Positions 10,056-21,960 of a DNA stretch of 64,000 nucleotides are shown here, in pieces. The notes under the pieces are model-generated. The model worked only from the letters and a program-made list of their open reading frames with translations. It searched no databases and was not told where the DNA came from. Source of the stretch: Mobula birostris (taxonomy: Eukaryota); contig NC_092377.1 of the NCBI RefSeq assembly GCF_030028105.1, positions 51,586,952 to 51,650,951 on the forward strand, read 5' to 3'. Made by a program: the position numbers and the translations under genes. Position 1 is the stretch's first letter. Every line of letters begins with the position of its first letter.

Positions 10056-12469
10056 CAATTTTTAAAAAATTGAGGTTTAGCTGGTATTTTATATTTATGA
10101 TTTGGTCATTTGAAATAACTCTGATATACGGTATTATATCCAGTATATTATTATGTTTTTAAATAATTTTCAAAGGAACCTGAAAGCAAAGAGAGACACT
10201 ACCAGGTAAATCCTTAAGCATGGATTGATTTAGAAAAGTTGTGTAAATTGTTATTTCTGATGTTTGTTTTCTGCAGTACTGTAGGCATTTCATATACCTA
10301 ATTATACTAATAGGTTGTGGTCAACAAAAAGTCAGATTAAACAACTACGTATTTATCACCTATCATCAAATAATTTAGAAATTTTCTAAAAACTGCAGTA
10401 TGGAAAATTAGTTTAAAGATCAACTCATGCTAATGGAATCTACTTTGGTTTCAGGGAAAGGAACAAAAATGCTTATTTGCTTGTTCTTAATCAGTATAGA
10501 CATACATCAATACTGTGTTTGTACAGGCTGACATTTGCTACAGATTCCATATATGAAGAGCAAATAATTTGTACAACACACTTGGTCATCCGATGCAGTT
10601 TACAGATAAAAAATCGTTTCGTCATCCAGCCAGACCTTTATGCTACTTAATATGAAGAGCACATTAAATCACATTAAAGTTTTTGTCATTATGTCATGAG
10701 CCTTTTTTAAATGTACTGCTGACTGTGTAATAGTGTTACCAGAGGACTCACTGCACAGTAACTTCAATCACTCTTATTCAAACTCATAAAAGCATTTTCA
10801 CATGACATGGACTTGCCTTAGGCCTAATGAAAATATACTGAGGCTGGGTCAGAATCTGAAAACATATTATAATTGCATTGGCCTTTCTGCTTTACGTTAC
10901 AGAGCATAGCTGCAAAATGGCAAATCTTGAGTTATTTTTCAATGAGAAAGCTATAAAGGTAATGTAAAATGTGCTATTCTGTGATATGAAAATGTATGAA
11001 TATCATCAATAAATTAACAAACTTGTGTTCTGTTGAAGGCAGACAATTCACTAGCAATGATGAAGTAAAGTAAAATTCTTGTGCCTTAATGCTCCACAAA
11101 TACATTGTTCTACATTATTTTCTGAACCTGACCTCAGATTTTTTTTTGTGTAGTAGAGATATTGGTCCTCTAAAGTGAAATAATGTTTAGTGACATATTC
11201 ATTTCCATCTGTATCCATTTTGCTTCACTTCACTACAAGGACATCATTCAGACACACATCAAAAGGACTGAACTGTAATCTCTTCGATCAGCATTTGAAT
11301 GTCATTTTATGCTCAGCATAGGTCATGGAGTTTATGTACTATCAGCAAAGACTTTATGAGGATAAGTTAAGCTATGTCAATAGTAGGCTTCCTTTGTTTA
11401 AACTCAATAACATTCAATATAGCTCAAGCATTATTTTGTAAAGCAATACAAAAGTTATCTATTGTAAAAGGCAATAAATCTACTTTTGGTTGATTATCAT
11501 TTAACTTGTAGTGGCACAATTCTAAATTCACCTTGCAAGCAGCATCAAAATTCTAGTTTTATTAAAGATTGACAGAATATATTCATATTCATAGGTGATA
11601 TAACCAACATTTATAATATTCTTGAAAAATTAATGCTACTGTTTCTGGTTTATTGGACCTTTGTATGATTAAAAATCACTTTATCAAGGAGAGTTCCTTT
11701 CAACCTTTGGAGTTCTTGGGATATGGCCATTTCTACTAAGTTACTATTTATTGCTCAAAATTAGCAAATTTTGAAGGAATGGTGGGGAGCCTTAGTCTTT
11801 ATTTGATGTATTTCATGTGGTGAGGGTTCAGTCATGATGCTCTTAGGAAAGGGAATTCTAGACTTTTAAAACAACCAAGTTTTGAATAAATGAGGTTGTA
11901 GTCTGGAGAAGCCCTGGAGAAGAAATCTTGTCAACTTCATATAATGCATTCTGTAAATTCAGTCTTAGTGGAGGAAATCTTTCTCAGATCAGTGAAATTT
12001 TATTTTCATTGGTATAGTTAATGATACAAATTCTGTATTAAATCTACTATAGGAAAGGTATGTATGCAAATTTGATAGAAGCTGAAGATAAACCCATATA
12101 TCATGTGCCCAACTAAACAGTCCATGGCATATTCAATTTACATAGGTTAGAAAAGTCTTTAAGTCAGAATGCTGGCTTTGAAATAAGGATCCGTTGTGTT
12201 AAACATGTGAAGAAGGGATAGCTGCAAACCATAACTGGAAAATTGACAATCCATTCTAGAAAGAAATGACAAAGTTTGAAATTGACAAAAATTGACAAAG
12301 GCAGCATATTGATCAAATCAATCATCCTAATGTTAGTGATCCAGAATTGATGACAATAATCTGTAATAAAATTAACTGGGATTTTGAAAAATATTGATGA
12401 ATAATTAAAAGTTACCAAAACTTAACAGTGTCTTTTTATGAAATAACATTGGGCGGGTGGGGGGGGGGG

Positions 12470-13115
12470 GTTGATAAGTGGATGTTGTTTATATTATGCA
12501 TATAGCCTTTTAAAAGGCATACGCCAATAAAACAGAAAATAGGCATTCTATTAATTCATATGAGATTAAGGCAACATGGAATCAAGTTGATTAAAGGTCA
12601 GAATTATATGTACTAGAGGTAATTTGTTTTATAGACTGGAGGACTGAACACTGCTATGGTTTGCTCATTGCTGAAGCCTGGTCCAGAATAGATTAAAAAG
12701 TTTTGTTTGTAGATCAGGTAGTTATATATTGTACAGATTCAACTGTTCACACTTTCCCTGCCTGTTGCTCCCCCTTTCGCAAATGTGAGGCCTCCTGGAA
12801 GGCCCAGTCCTCAATGTTTCCAAAGGGCCATGACCACTGCTCTAGAATCAGCAGGCCAGCGGCTGTAAGTTGTGAGGAATTTCTTTAGCCAGAAGGTGGT
12901 GTATTTGTGGAATTCATTGCCACAATTGGCTATAGTAGCCAAGTAATAGGGTATATTTAAAGTGGAGGTTGATAAGTTCTTGATTATTAAGGGCATTGAA
13001 GGTTATAACAGAAAGCAAGAGAATGGGATTGCGCGGGATAGTAAATCAGCAATGTTTGAATGGCAGAATAGACTCAATAGGCCAAATAACCTACTGTTCA
13101 TCTGTCTTATGGACA
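12470..13115 (+). mobile_element. CR1 fragments (RT remnant ~12475-12680; 3' end ~12865-13115)
   Basis: VDVVY..F.KA remnant; FFSQKVVYLWNSLP and a 3' UTR similar to 33710-33780 plus 38086-38260. Confidence 0.7.
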
Positions 13116-13619
13116 TGGTTAATATTCTCCTCCTGCCCTCCCTTCTGATGAATCACTGAGAAAATTAGCCTAAACTTGCTGTTTAAAGTCAGCAATGGTT
13201 TCACTATCAGCTCGTGTCTCAATGTTCAGTACCCATATGGGGTAAGAACCTGGTCTCACATCTTTTATGTACAGGTATCATGATAAGTCAACAATGATAG
13301 AAGATAAAGAATGACAAACATTGAAAAGTTGAACTAAAAACAGGAAGCTCTGACTGGAAATAGCAGATAGATTAGTATCTGTAAGTGTAATGTTGACCTG
13401 CCTTTTCATTGGTTGCCTTGGCTTCTGCTTCTGCTGATGGTTCATAACCAAACAACAACTCTTTCTTTAAAAATTCTGAAATATTTTTATATATTTCTTC
13501 ACAGCTCAAAAAGAAGCCATTCTTGTGTATACTGTCTCTCAAGGCAATCCCTTCAAATCCATTCCTCCATTTGTTTTCCAGTAACCTATTCTCTTCCATG
13601 TGCCCATCAGTTCTTCACC

Positions 13620-13940
13620 TAGCTACAGTAGGGGCATTTTACAGTAGTCAATCAACCAGCACCTCTTTAGGATGTAGGAAGAAACCACATCAACCATAAT
13701 CAATGTCCAAAATAAATTTATTATCAAAGTACATATATGTTACCATATACAACTCTGATAAATCTCAATAAATCTAATAACTGTAATAGAATCAATGAAA
13801 GCCTGCACTGATAGGGTGGACAACCAGTGTGCAAAATTCAACAAATTGTACAAATACAAAAAGAAGGGAAAAATAAATAATAATAAAAAATAAATAAACA
13901 ATAGATATCGAGGACATGAGATGACAAGTCCTTGAAATAT
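13620..13940 (-). mobile_element. V-SINE remnant (13620-13695) and Rex1-type 3' UTR (13700-13940)
   Basis: TCTTTAGGATGTAGGAAGAAACC is the reversed V-domain; TAAATTTATTATCAAAGTACATAT is the reverse of the tail seen at 18360-18390. Confidence 0.55.
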
Positions 13941-14689
13941 TTTACTTATAGTTTCTATTCTCCAGTCACGTGTGTAGCAAGCATGACCATAGCCGGTCAC
14001 AACAAAATGTAACAGCCAGATGATTCTCTCCTATTACTCACAAAAATTCCCTTTCCCCATCATGTGAATCATTAGCTCTGACAAGGCAAATGATCCCTCC
14101 TGTCATTCTCACCATTATCTCTTAGTCACTTATTGCAGGCTCCCTTTACTGCAGCCATTAGCTTTACTCACCACCCATTTGATAGGCTTGCTCAATCAGT
14201 AGCTCCTGTCATGTCTCCAGTCTCTTCTTGCATATGATTCAGTCAACCAATTCACCTTCCTGATTACCTTCTGTTTGTTAGCCCAGGTACAGCAGGTACG
14301 TGAACAAAAGCTCTTTCCACTGGCTCCCTTTTGTTAAGTTCATCGATCCTAAGCATCTCAACTGCTTGGATCTTAGAATCTTAGTTCATTCCTTCAGCAT
14401 ACCTGTGACTACACTGTAAAAAACATTCTTGCCTGTAAATCACCTTGTGACATTCTGAGGTTGTGAAAGGGATTACAAGAATATAATAGTACAAACATCG
14501 AATTTTCTATTTTCAAGTAACACTTACTTCCTGTGTTCTCTCCCTCTCTTCTTCCAAATTACCACTGTTTCTCTTCCATTTTTACCTACATCCCCATTTC
14601 CATCCTCCTACCCCAACACTTCATCCACCATATTCCCTCTGCTACTTGTTCCCATCTGCCTTTTACTTTCCCCTTGATGGTTCCTATTA

Positions 14690-15000
14690 TCACCTTCCTT
14701 GCTATTAGGTTCCAGCACTTATAGCCTTTGTGATCCCCATTATCACCTTCCATCCTCGATCTTCAAACTCCACCCCTCCTCCTTCCTTTCTGGCTTTCAT
14801 TGACTATCGTCCTTCATCCTTTCTTAGTGCAACTATCACCTACTGAGTGAGCCCCTGAGTCCACCTCTCCTCCGGCTGCCTTTCCTCTCCACTCTCAGTC
14901 CTGACGCAGGGTATTGACCTGGAATGTTGACAGGTCCTTGCCTGTCCCCACAGGTGTTGATTCACCCCTTGAGTTTCTCCAGCAGTTTGTTCTCTGTCAT
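14690..15000 (+). mobile_element. PLE 3' end remnant with degenerate hammerhead
   Basis: Pyrimidine tract, then CAGTCCTGACGcAGGGTATTGACCTGgAATGTTGAC and ..GAGTTtCTCCAGCAGTTTG. Confidence 0.65.
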
Positions 15001-15739
15001 CAGAATACAAGTTTTCTTCCAAACTGAATTGTCAGAACTGCCAACTAAAATTAGGCAAGTCAAGGTTAATTTCTTTAGCCTATTTTATGCCTCATAATTT
15101 GCAACCATAAAAAATCAATTATTTTATTCATAAGTGATAAAAAGACAAAATATAGTGACTTGCACTGATATGCTTTCAAAGAACATACAATATAGTGAAT
15201 ATAAGAGCAATCATAAAATTTAAGTAAGGGACATATCAGCTTAAACATACTTTTTATAATTAATAATGTTGTTACATCACTTTTCACTTTGTAATTTAAT
15301 ATTATTAAGTTGCACTTGTGACAGTTTAACACAAATAGGAATTTTAATAAACACCCTGTGTATAACTTTTAAAATGAAGCTCAACAGATGGGAAGGATTG
15401 AGAAAACTTTCCAGTATGATTCCTATTTGTCTTGCACGAGGCGCATTTTGCAGCTTCCCAGTACTATTCTACAAATGTTGAAAGTGACATCATTCAAAGC
15501 CTCAGGGGTCAGAGCAGCTGTAATATTAATGTGGAAAAATGGGAACAAATGTCAACCACACCCATTGAGTCTTTGGTCCGAACATTTGGCATAGCATGAG
15601 CTCACAATTACTGATAAACAGATTATTACAGACCTTCCTGTAAAGGTACTGTTATTCATTATGGATCTGTTGAGAAATAAATTATGACTAACACAAAAAA
15701 ATTTAGTCCTTTAAGAGAGGTTATATGCTTTAATAATGT

Positions 15740-15930
15740 AACACATACAAAGTGCTGGAGGAACTCTGAAAGTCATACAGCATCTATGGAGAGGAATAAC
15801 CAGTCGATGTTTTGAGCTTGAAACGGCGACTGGCTATTCCCCTCCTTAGGTGCTGCCTGATTTGCTGATTCCACCAGTACTCTGTGTGTGTTGCTCAAGA
15901 TTTCCTGCATCTGCAGAATCTCTTATGTTT
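15740..15930. mobile_element. Palindromic (fold-back) PLE-end element
   Basis: 15740-15817 and 15818-15893 are degenerate reverse complements, both matching the PLE terminus. Confidence 0.8.
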
Positions 15931-17299
15931 AATATTTTCCTTATTCTTGTTGAAAATGCAAAGAAAGTGTAATCATCAGAAAGCTTTGATTACACTTTAT
16001 ATCCAGGAAATGAAGTTATTTTTTATTATGACTTTGGCTCTGTAGGTTGTTTCAGATGTCAATGGACAGAATATTGCCTTTTTCTGCTGATGATAAGATT
16101 GAGATTAAGCTTCAGAGCAGCACATTTGCTGGTAATAAGCAATGGGAGAACAATTTGAACAGTGCATCTGTAGTATTTGGCTGACAGGACACTGCTGGCT
16201 AATGAGTAACTAGGTGATGTCACTCATCTCTTTTAAAGGGAACAAAGTGGTACCAAGCAAAAGTGATGACAATGCCGAGCGAAAGGGCCAGATTGTGAAA
16301 GGGAGCCTCTTTTTTAACAGCCTGGATATACTGCTCATCGATTCTAAACATTGAGTGACTCTGGTGACAGTCACTGGCTCTGACTCAGTGGATGACATAA
16401 GTACGCTACTTCACTGACAGGTTACTCACCACAAACGGCTTAGGCACGGGATCTGATTGTATTGTTGTTAATGCCTTTATTCAGTTTCAAAGGGAAACAA
16501 CAGCTAGTTTCATCAGTTGTGGTCCGGTTTGGTGGAACAAATGAGTAATACACCATTTCAGTCTCTCTAATCTCCTTCCAGAGGGTGGGTGTTGATGTTG
16601 GGTGGGGGTTTGTTCATAAGGGGATGGCGGGGGGTTTCAGTTGTCGCTGGATTTCTGCCAGCTGTTTCAGTACTCTTAAACTCAGGTTATTTTTCTGTGC
16701 TGTCACATTTTCCCTTTGCATTTTGGCAGCACCTTTGGAATCCACCCTTCAGGTACCCAGTGCACGGTCTGGTTTGGTGCACTCTCCTGTAAGCCTTTGC
16801 ATCATTTCAACAGACTTTGGGCAAGGGTTTTAGACCAAGAATTGGAGTAATTGATGAAAACAGCTTGACGGACTTAAACAACGGCATGACTGAAACAATC
16901 AGTGTAGAAACTGGTTCTTGCTATCCATAGTGAAATCCAGACCATAACCACTGTGACTCAGACAACTTATGTCCAGCAGAGTTACAAGCATGGAATTTAT
17001 TTTAATCAAACACCCATGGAAGGATGGAGATATTTGTCTGGATCATTCTGATTTGTTACTGTGGAAACGCAATGGACCAAGATCAGTCTGAGCAAAACTA
17101 ATTACTCAGAATGCTTCAGTAAACTCTGCCATCATTAGATACACTCTCTTCAATCTTCTTAGAAGCCTTTCCAATCTTCCCTTGATGCCAAAGGGAGTAG
17201 GAATGCTGTCTCCCTACTCCTCCCCTAGCTTCATGTTCATAGGGTACCTTCTGTTTGTGATGTCAGCAAACGGAGGTTCCTGTAGATATACAACAGAAT

Positions 17300-18397
17300 C
17301 TCAGGTGGGGTCCAGGCCCAGAGCGTATTGATGTGATAGTGTGAGGAAAAACCCGATATTTGGGCAATTTAAATGCCAGAAGAGATGAATTGAAAAAGCA
17401 GGATGTCAGGACAAGAGGTGATACTCAGGCTGGTTCTGCCTGCTGCTCTGTGATGTTTACTCGATTCTGTGCTGAACTGAGGCGGAGGCTGTGGCCCTGC
17501 TCCGGCTGCTCTGAGTTCCGTGACTGACAGCTCTGTGATGGTTACTTGAATCTGTTCTGAACTGAGGCGGAGGCTGCAGTCTGCTCGGGCTGCTCTGAGT
17601 TCTGTGACTGAGGCCTGTGTGATGTTTATTCAACTCTGTTCTGAACTGAGGCGGAGGCTGCGGCCTGCTCGGGTTGCTCTGAGTTCCGTGACGGAGGGCT
17701 GTGTAATGTTTACTCGATTCTGTGCTGAACTGTGCTGTTCTGGCTGCGGCCCTGCTCGGGCTGCTCTGAGTTCTGTGACTGAGGGCTGTATGATGTTCAC
17801 TCAGCTCTGTTCTGAACTGAGGTGGAGGCTGCGGCCTGCTCGGGCTTCTCTGAGTTCTGTGACTGAGGGCTGTGTGATGTTTACTCAATTCTGTGCTGAA
17901 CTGAGCTGTTCTGGCTGCGGCCTGCTCGGGCTGCTCTGAGTTCTGTGACTGGGGCCTTTCTGATGTTTACTGGATTCCGTGCTGAACTGAGGCGGAGGCT
18001 GCGGCCCTGCTCGGGCTGCTCTGAGTTCCGTGACTGAGGCCTTTCTGATGTTTACTGGATTCTGTGTTGAACTGAGGCGGAGGCTGCGGCCCTGCTCGGG
18101 CTGCTCTGAGTTCCATGACTGAGGGCTGTGTGATGTTTACTCGGATCTATGCTGAACTGGGGCAGAGGCTGCAGTCTGCTCCAGCTATTCCAGACTTCAT
18201 GTCTGTGGCCTCACTTTTGTTCTGAATGTTATTTGCTTACTTTTATTGTTTGCTCTATTTTTTTCTCTCTGCACATTGAATATTTGATGATTTTTTTAAT
18301 GGGTTCTTTGTTTTGTGACTGCCTGTAAGGAGACAAATCTCAAGGTTGTGTAATACATATATACTTTATTAAAAATATATTTGAACTTTGAAATTTG
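17300..18397 (+). mobile_element. Non-coding retroposon with Rex1-type tail, carrying a minisatellite
   Basis: Tail ACAAATCTCAAGGTTGTGTAATACATAT..TTTGAACTTTGAA matches the reverse complement of 45830-45900. 5' boundary approximate. Confidence 0.6.
17450..18200. repeat. Minisatellite, ~9 units of 84-87 bp
   Basis: Unit starts near 17450, 17535, 17619, 17703, 17790, 17874, 17960, 18045, 18130; consensus GTGATGTTTACTCGATTCTGTGCTGAACTGAGGCGGAGGCTGCGGCCTGCTCGGGCTGCTCTGAGTTCYGTGACTGAGGGCTGT. Confidence 0.95.
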
Positions 18398-19015
18398 GAT
18401 GATAACAGCTCAGATGAAGGGCATTTGTCCCCTTATCCGGTACTGGGTCTGTGTAAGAATTAGTCTCATTACTCCATCCTTCCTCCAAATCTCTGCGATT
18501 GTTTTTATAACATATAGGCAGGAGCTGAAAGATCATGCGAAATAGATAGACAAAGCCTGAGATATAATTTGTAGCAGTCATCAGTTTGACTTTGGTCCAT
18601 TTTACTTGTACAGTAACAAAGCAGAATAAGCCAGACAAATATTTCCTCCACGCTCCTTGGTCCATAGAAAGCTCTTTCATTCTTTTTCTGAATTCATCTT
18701 TCTCTTCTATCACTGAATCAATCTCAATCTGAAGCTTCATAAATATCAGACTTGAATCTTTTATCTGATCAAATTAAACTCCCCTGTCTGTCTCAAAACG
18801 GTGCTTCTGCCACATCCCTCGTCTATACCTCTGTTGCCTCTGTGTTTGACTTCTCATTACCTTGTCTACCAATGTAGACAAGGTAATGTACCCATGCTAC
18901 AGAAGATCAAAGCAGTGCAGTTTCAGCCTTTATCACTCAGATTCATACAGTGAAATGCTAGAAAGTAGAACAGTAGCAAATTCAGAATCAGTTTTATCAT
19001 TATTGACACATGTCA

Positions 19016-21960
19016 ATAATATGATGCGACAAAGAAGATCTGTGGCAGAGAGAACATCACAATCGCCACATGGAATGTAAGAACGCTGAACCAAGCAGGG
19101 GAATTCAGGGAACTCACGCATGAGATGGCAAGATACAACTGGCACCTCCTCGGGCTCTGTGAAGCCAGATGGAAGAACACTGGAGAAGTGCATACTGAGG
19201 AAGGATATGTACTCTATTATAGCGGAGAAGAGAACAAACATGAAAATGGCGTAGGGTTCCTAGTCAACAAATTCATCAAGAATGCTGCTCTAGGATGCCA
19301 AACAGTGTGAAGCAGGCTCATGACCATCCGCCTGCGGGTGAAGCCATTCAACATGATAGTGGCACAAGTCTACGCCCCAACAACAGACTATGACAATGAA
19401 CACATTGAAGAATTCTACAAGAAACTACAAGATATCATTGACAAGGTGGACAAAAAAGATATTTTGATCACTCAGGGTGACTGGAATGCCAAGGTGGGCA
19501 GAGACACACAAGATGAGTGGGGGGATCTCATCGGCCCCTCATGCAATGATACCTCCAATGAGAGGGGACTACACCTGCTGGAATTTGCCAGTTATAACAA
19601 CATGATGCTGTTGAACACACTTGGAGAGCACAAAGCATCCCGAAGATGGACCTGGTATGCCCCCAACGGTCAACACCTCCAGATTGACTACATAATGGTG
19701 CAAAGGTGGCACAAATCTGGTGTGAACAGACTGAAGACCAGAACATTCCCAGGAGCAGACGTGGGCAGTGACCATGACCTTGTCATGATGAACATCAGAG
19801 TGCGCTTGAGGAGAATCAACAAGCCAAAAAACAGCCGGCTGAGATTTGACCTTGAAAAATTGAAAAACCCCGCCATCTCTGAAGAATTTCAGGCAGCAAT
19901 TGGGGGGAATTTTGCACCAATATTTCTCCTTGATGAAGACCTGGAGACCACCACAAGTAATTTTAACACAGTGATGACAGAAACAGCAAGCAAGATTCTG
20001 GGGAAAAGCTACCACAAGTCTAAACCATGGGTCACTAACAAGATACTGGACATGTGTGACACAAGAAGAAAATTAGAGAAAGATAAAAACACAGCAGAGG
20101 GAAGAACAGAATACAGGAAAATCAACAAGGAAATCAGGAGGGAAATGAAGGAAGCAGAGCAAAGATGGATAGCCGAACAATGTGCAGACATTGAAGACAG
20201 CTTCTCCAACAATAACACAAAGAAGGCATTACAACTGGTGAAAGATCTTACCAAAGAAAAACAAGCCAAAGTGAACACCATCCAAGACAAAAATGGCAAA
20301 ACTCTCACAGAAGAAATGGAGATAATGGAAAAGTGGACAGAATACTGTTCAGAAATGTACACCTACCAGAGCAAAGGGGATCCAAGTGTGCTGAATGTAC
20401 AGGAATCGTCCAGTGAGGATGACTATCCAACCATGCGTGAAGAAGTTGAAGCCGCAATATGATCACTGAAGTGTGGGAAGTCAGCAGGAGTTGACAACAT
20501 CCCTGCTGAACTGCTGAAGCATGGAGGAGAGGCCACGGTAGACATGTTTACCACCATCTGCAATAAGATCTGGCAGACAGGTGAATGGCCGACAGCTTGG
20601 ACTCATTCGTTGAGCATTGTGCTTCCCGAGAAAGGCAATCTCCAACTTTGCCAGAATTACTGTACCATCAGTTTGATAAGCAGGGTAATGCTCAGAATCA
20701 TCTTGAACAGACTGAGACCTCAGGCAGAAGACATCATTGTTGAGGAACAAGCAGGCTTCCGTAAGGGCAGAAGCACCACTGAGCAGATTTTCAACCTCCG
20801 CACCCTCTGTGAGAAACATATGCAGCACCAGAGAGAGTTCTACCACGTCTTCATAGACTTCAAGAAGGCGTTTGACAGAGTCTGGCATGATGTTTTATGG
20901 ACCACTATGAAGAAAGTCAACATGGGGCAGAAGCTGATTCATACAATCCATCAGCTTTACGCCAAGGCAACCAGAGCAGTGCTCGCTCAGGGCACCATCG
21001 GGGAGAGGTTCCCTACCTCTGTAGGAGTGCATCAGGGCTGCCTTCTCTCCCCGACTCTCTTCAACATCTTCTTTGAACAAACCATGAGTGTTGCCCTTGA
21101 AGATCATGTGGGCACAGTCAGCATCAGAGGGAGGAACATCACAAACCTAAGATTTGCTGACGACATTGATGGACTTGCAGGAAAAGAGGATGAACTGGCC
21201 AACCTGATCAGCCATCTTGATAGAGTCTCCACAAAGTTTGGAATGGAAATAAGTGCCAAGAAAACCAAGCTCATGGCAAATATCAACAGTACCATCACAA
21301 CAGACATCTCAGTCCATGGTCAGAAACTTGAGACAGTGCAGCAGTTTACATACGTGGGGCTATCATCAGTGATGAAGGATCAAGACCAGAAGTCCTGGCA
21401 AGAACCCTACACAGACAATGACTGCACTATCCAAACTCAAGACAATATGGAGGGACAGCAACATCACCATTAAGTACAAGATCAGACTCCTGTGTGCATT
21501 GGTATTCTCCATCTTCCTGTACGCATGCGAGACATGGACGCTCACAGCAGAGCTACAGAGGAAGATACAGGCATTTTAAATGAGATGCTATCGCAACATC
21601 TTGGGCATCTCATATTTGGACCACATCACAAATGAGCAGGTCTGCAAGACCATCCAGCACAACACTGGCGCCTATGAAGACCTTCTCACAACGGTGAAGA
21701 AGAGAAAGCTGAGATGGTACGGCCGGGTAACAAGATCCAGTGGCTTTGCAAAGACCGTTCTACAAGGAACTGTGGAGGGGAAAAGAAGGAGAGGTAGACA
21801 GAGGAAAAGATGGATGGACAACGTTAAAGAATGGATAGGAAAAACATTTGCGTTGACCCAGACACTGGCACACAACCGCGACAGGTGGAACAGACTGGTG
21901 CAAAGCTTGTCATGATGGTGCCCTGATGACTCCACCAGGAGTTAAGGGTGCAAGGCAAGG
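19016..21960 (+). mobile_element. RTE-clade LINE, near full length (APE endonuclease + RT)
   Basis: Motifs IATWNVRTL, LGLCEARW, QVYAPT, GDWNAKVG, QIDYI, SDHDLV, EEQAGFRKGRST, FIDFKKAFD, GVHQGCLLSP, LRFADD, LRWYG, GKRRRGRQRKRW. (CAAGG)n tail. TSD CACATGTCA 19007-19015 / CATATGTCA 21961-21969. Confidence 0.95.
19023..21915 (+). pseudogene. RTE EN-RT ORF; in-frame stops at 19308 and 20460, frameshifts after ~21355
   Basis: ORFs starting at 19125, 19320 and 20544 share one frame; ORF 21580 carries the C-terminus. Confidence 0.9.

Noticed and set aside
17457-17939. Repetitive ORFs of 143 and 111 aa
   Set aside because: By-products of the minisatellite; no coding evidence.
17450-18200. Regular repeats as a CRISPR array (also 8940-9090 and 56485-56790)
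   Set aside because: Units are contiguous with no unique spacers, there are no cas genes, and the context is vertebrate TE sequence.
18369-18740. 123-aa ORF with coiled-coil-like start as a real CDS
   Set aside because: No recognisable domain and it ends inside a retroposon tail; kept only as part of the inverted-pair finding.
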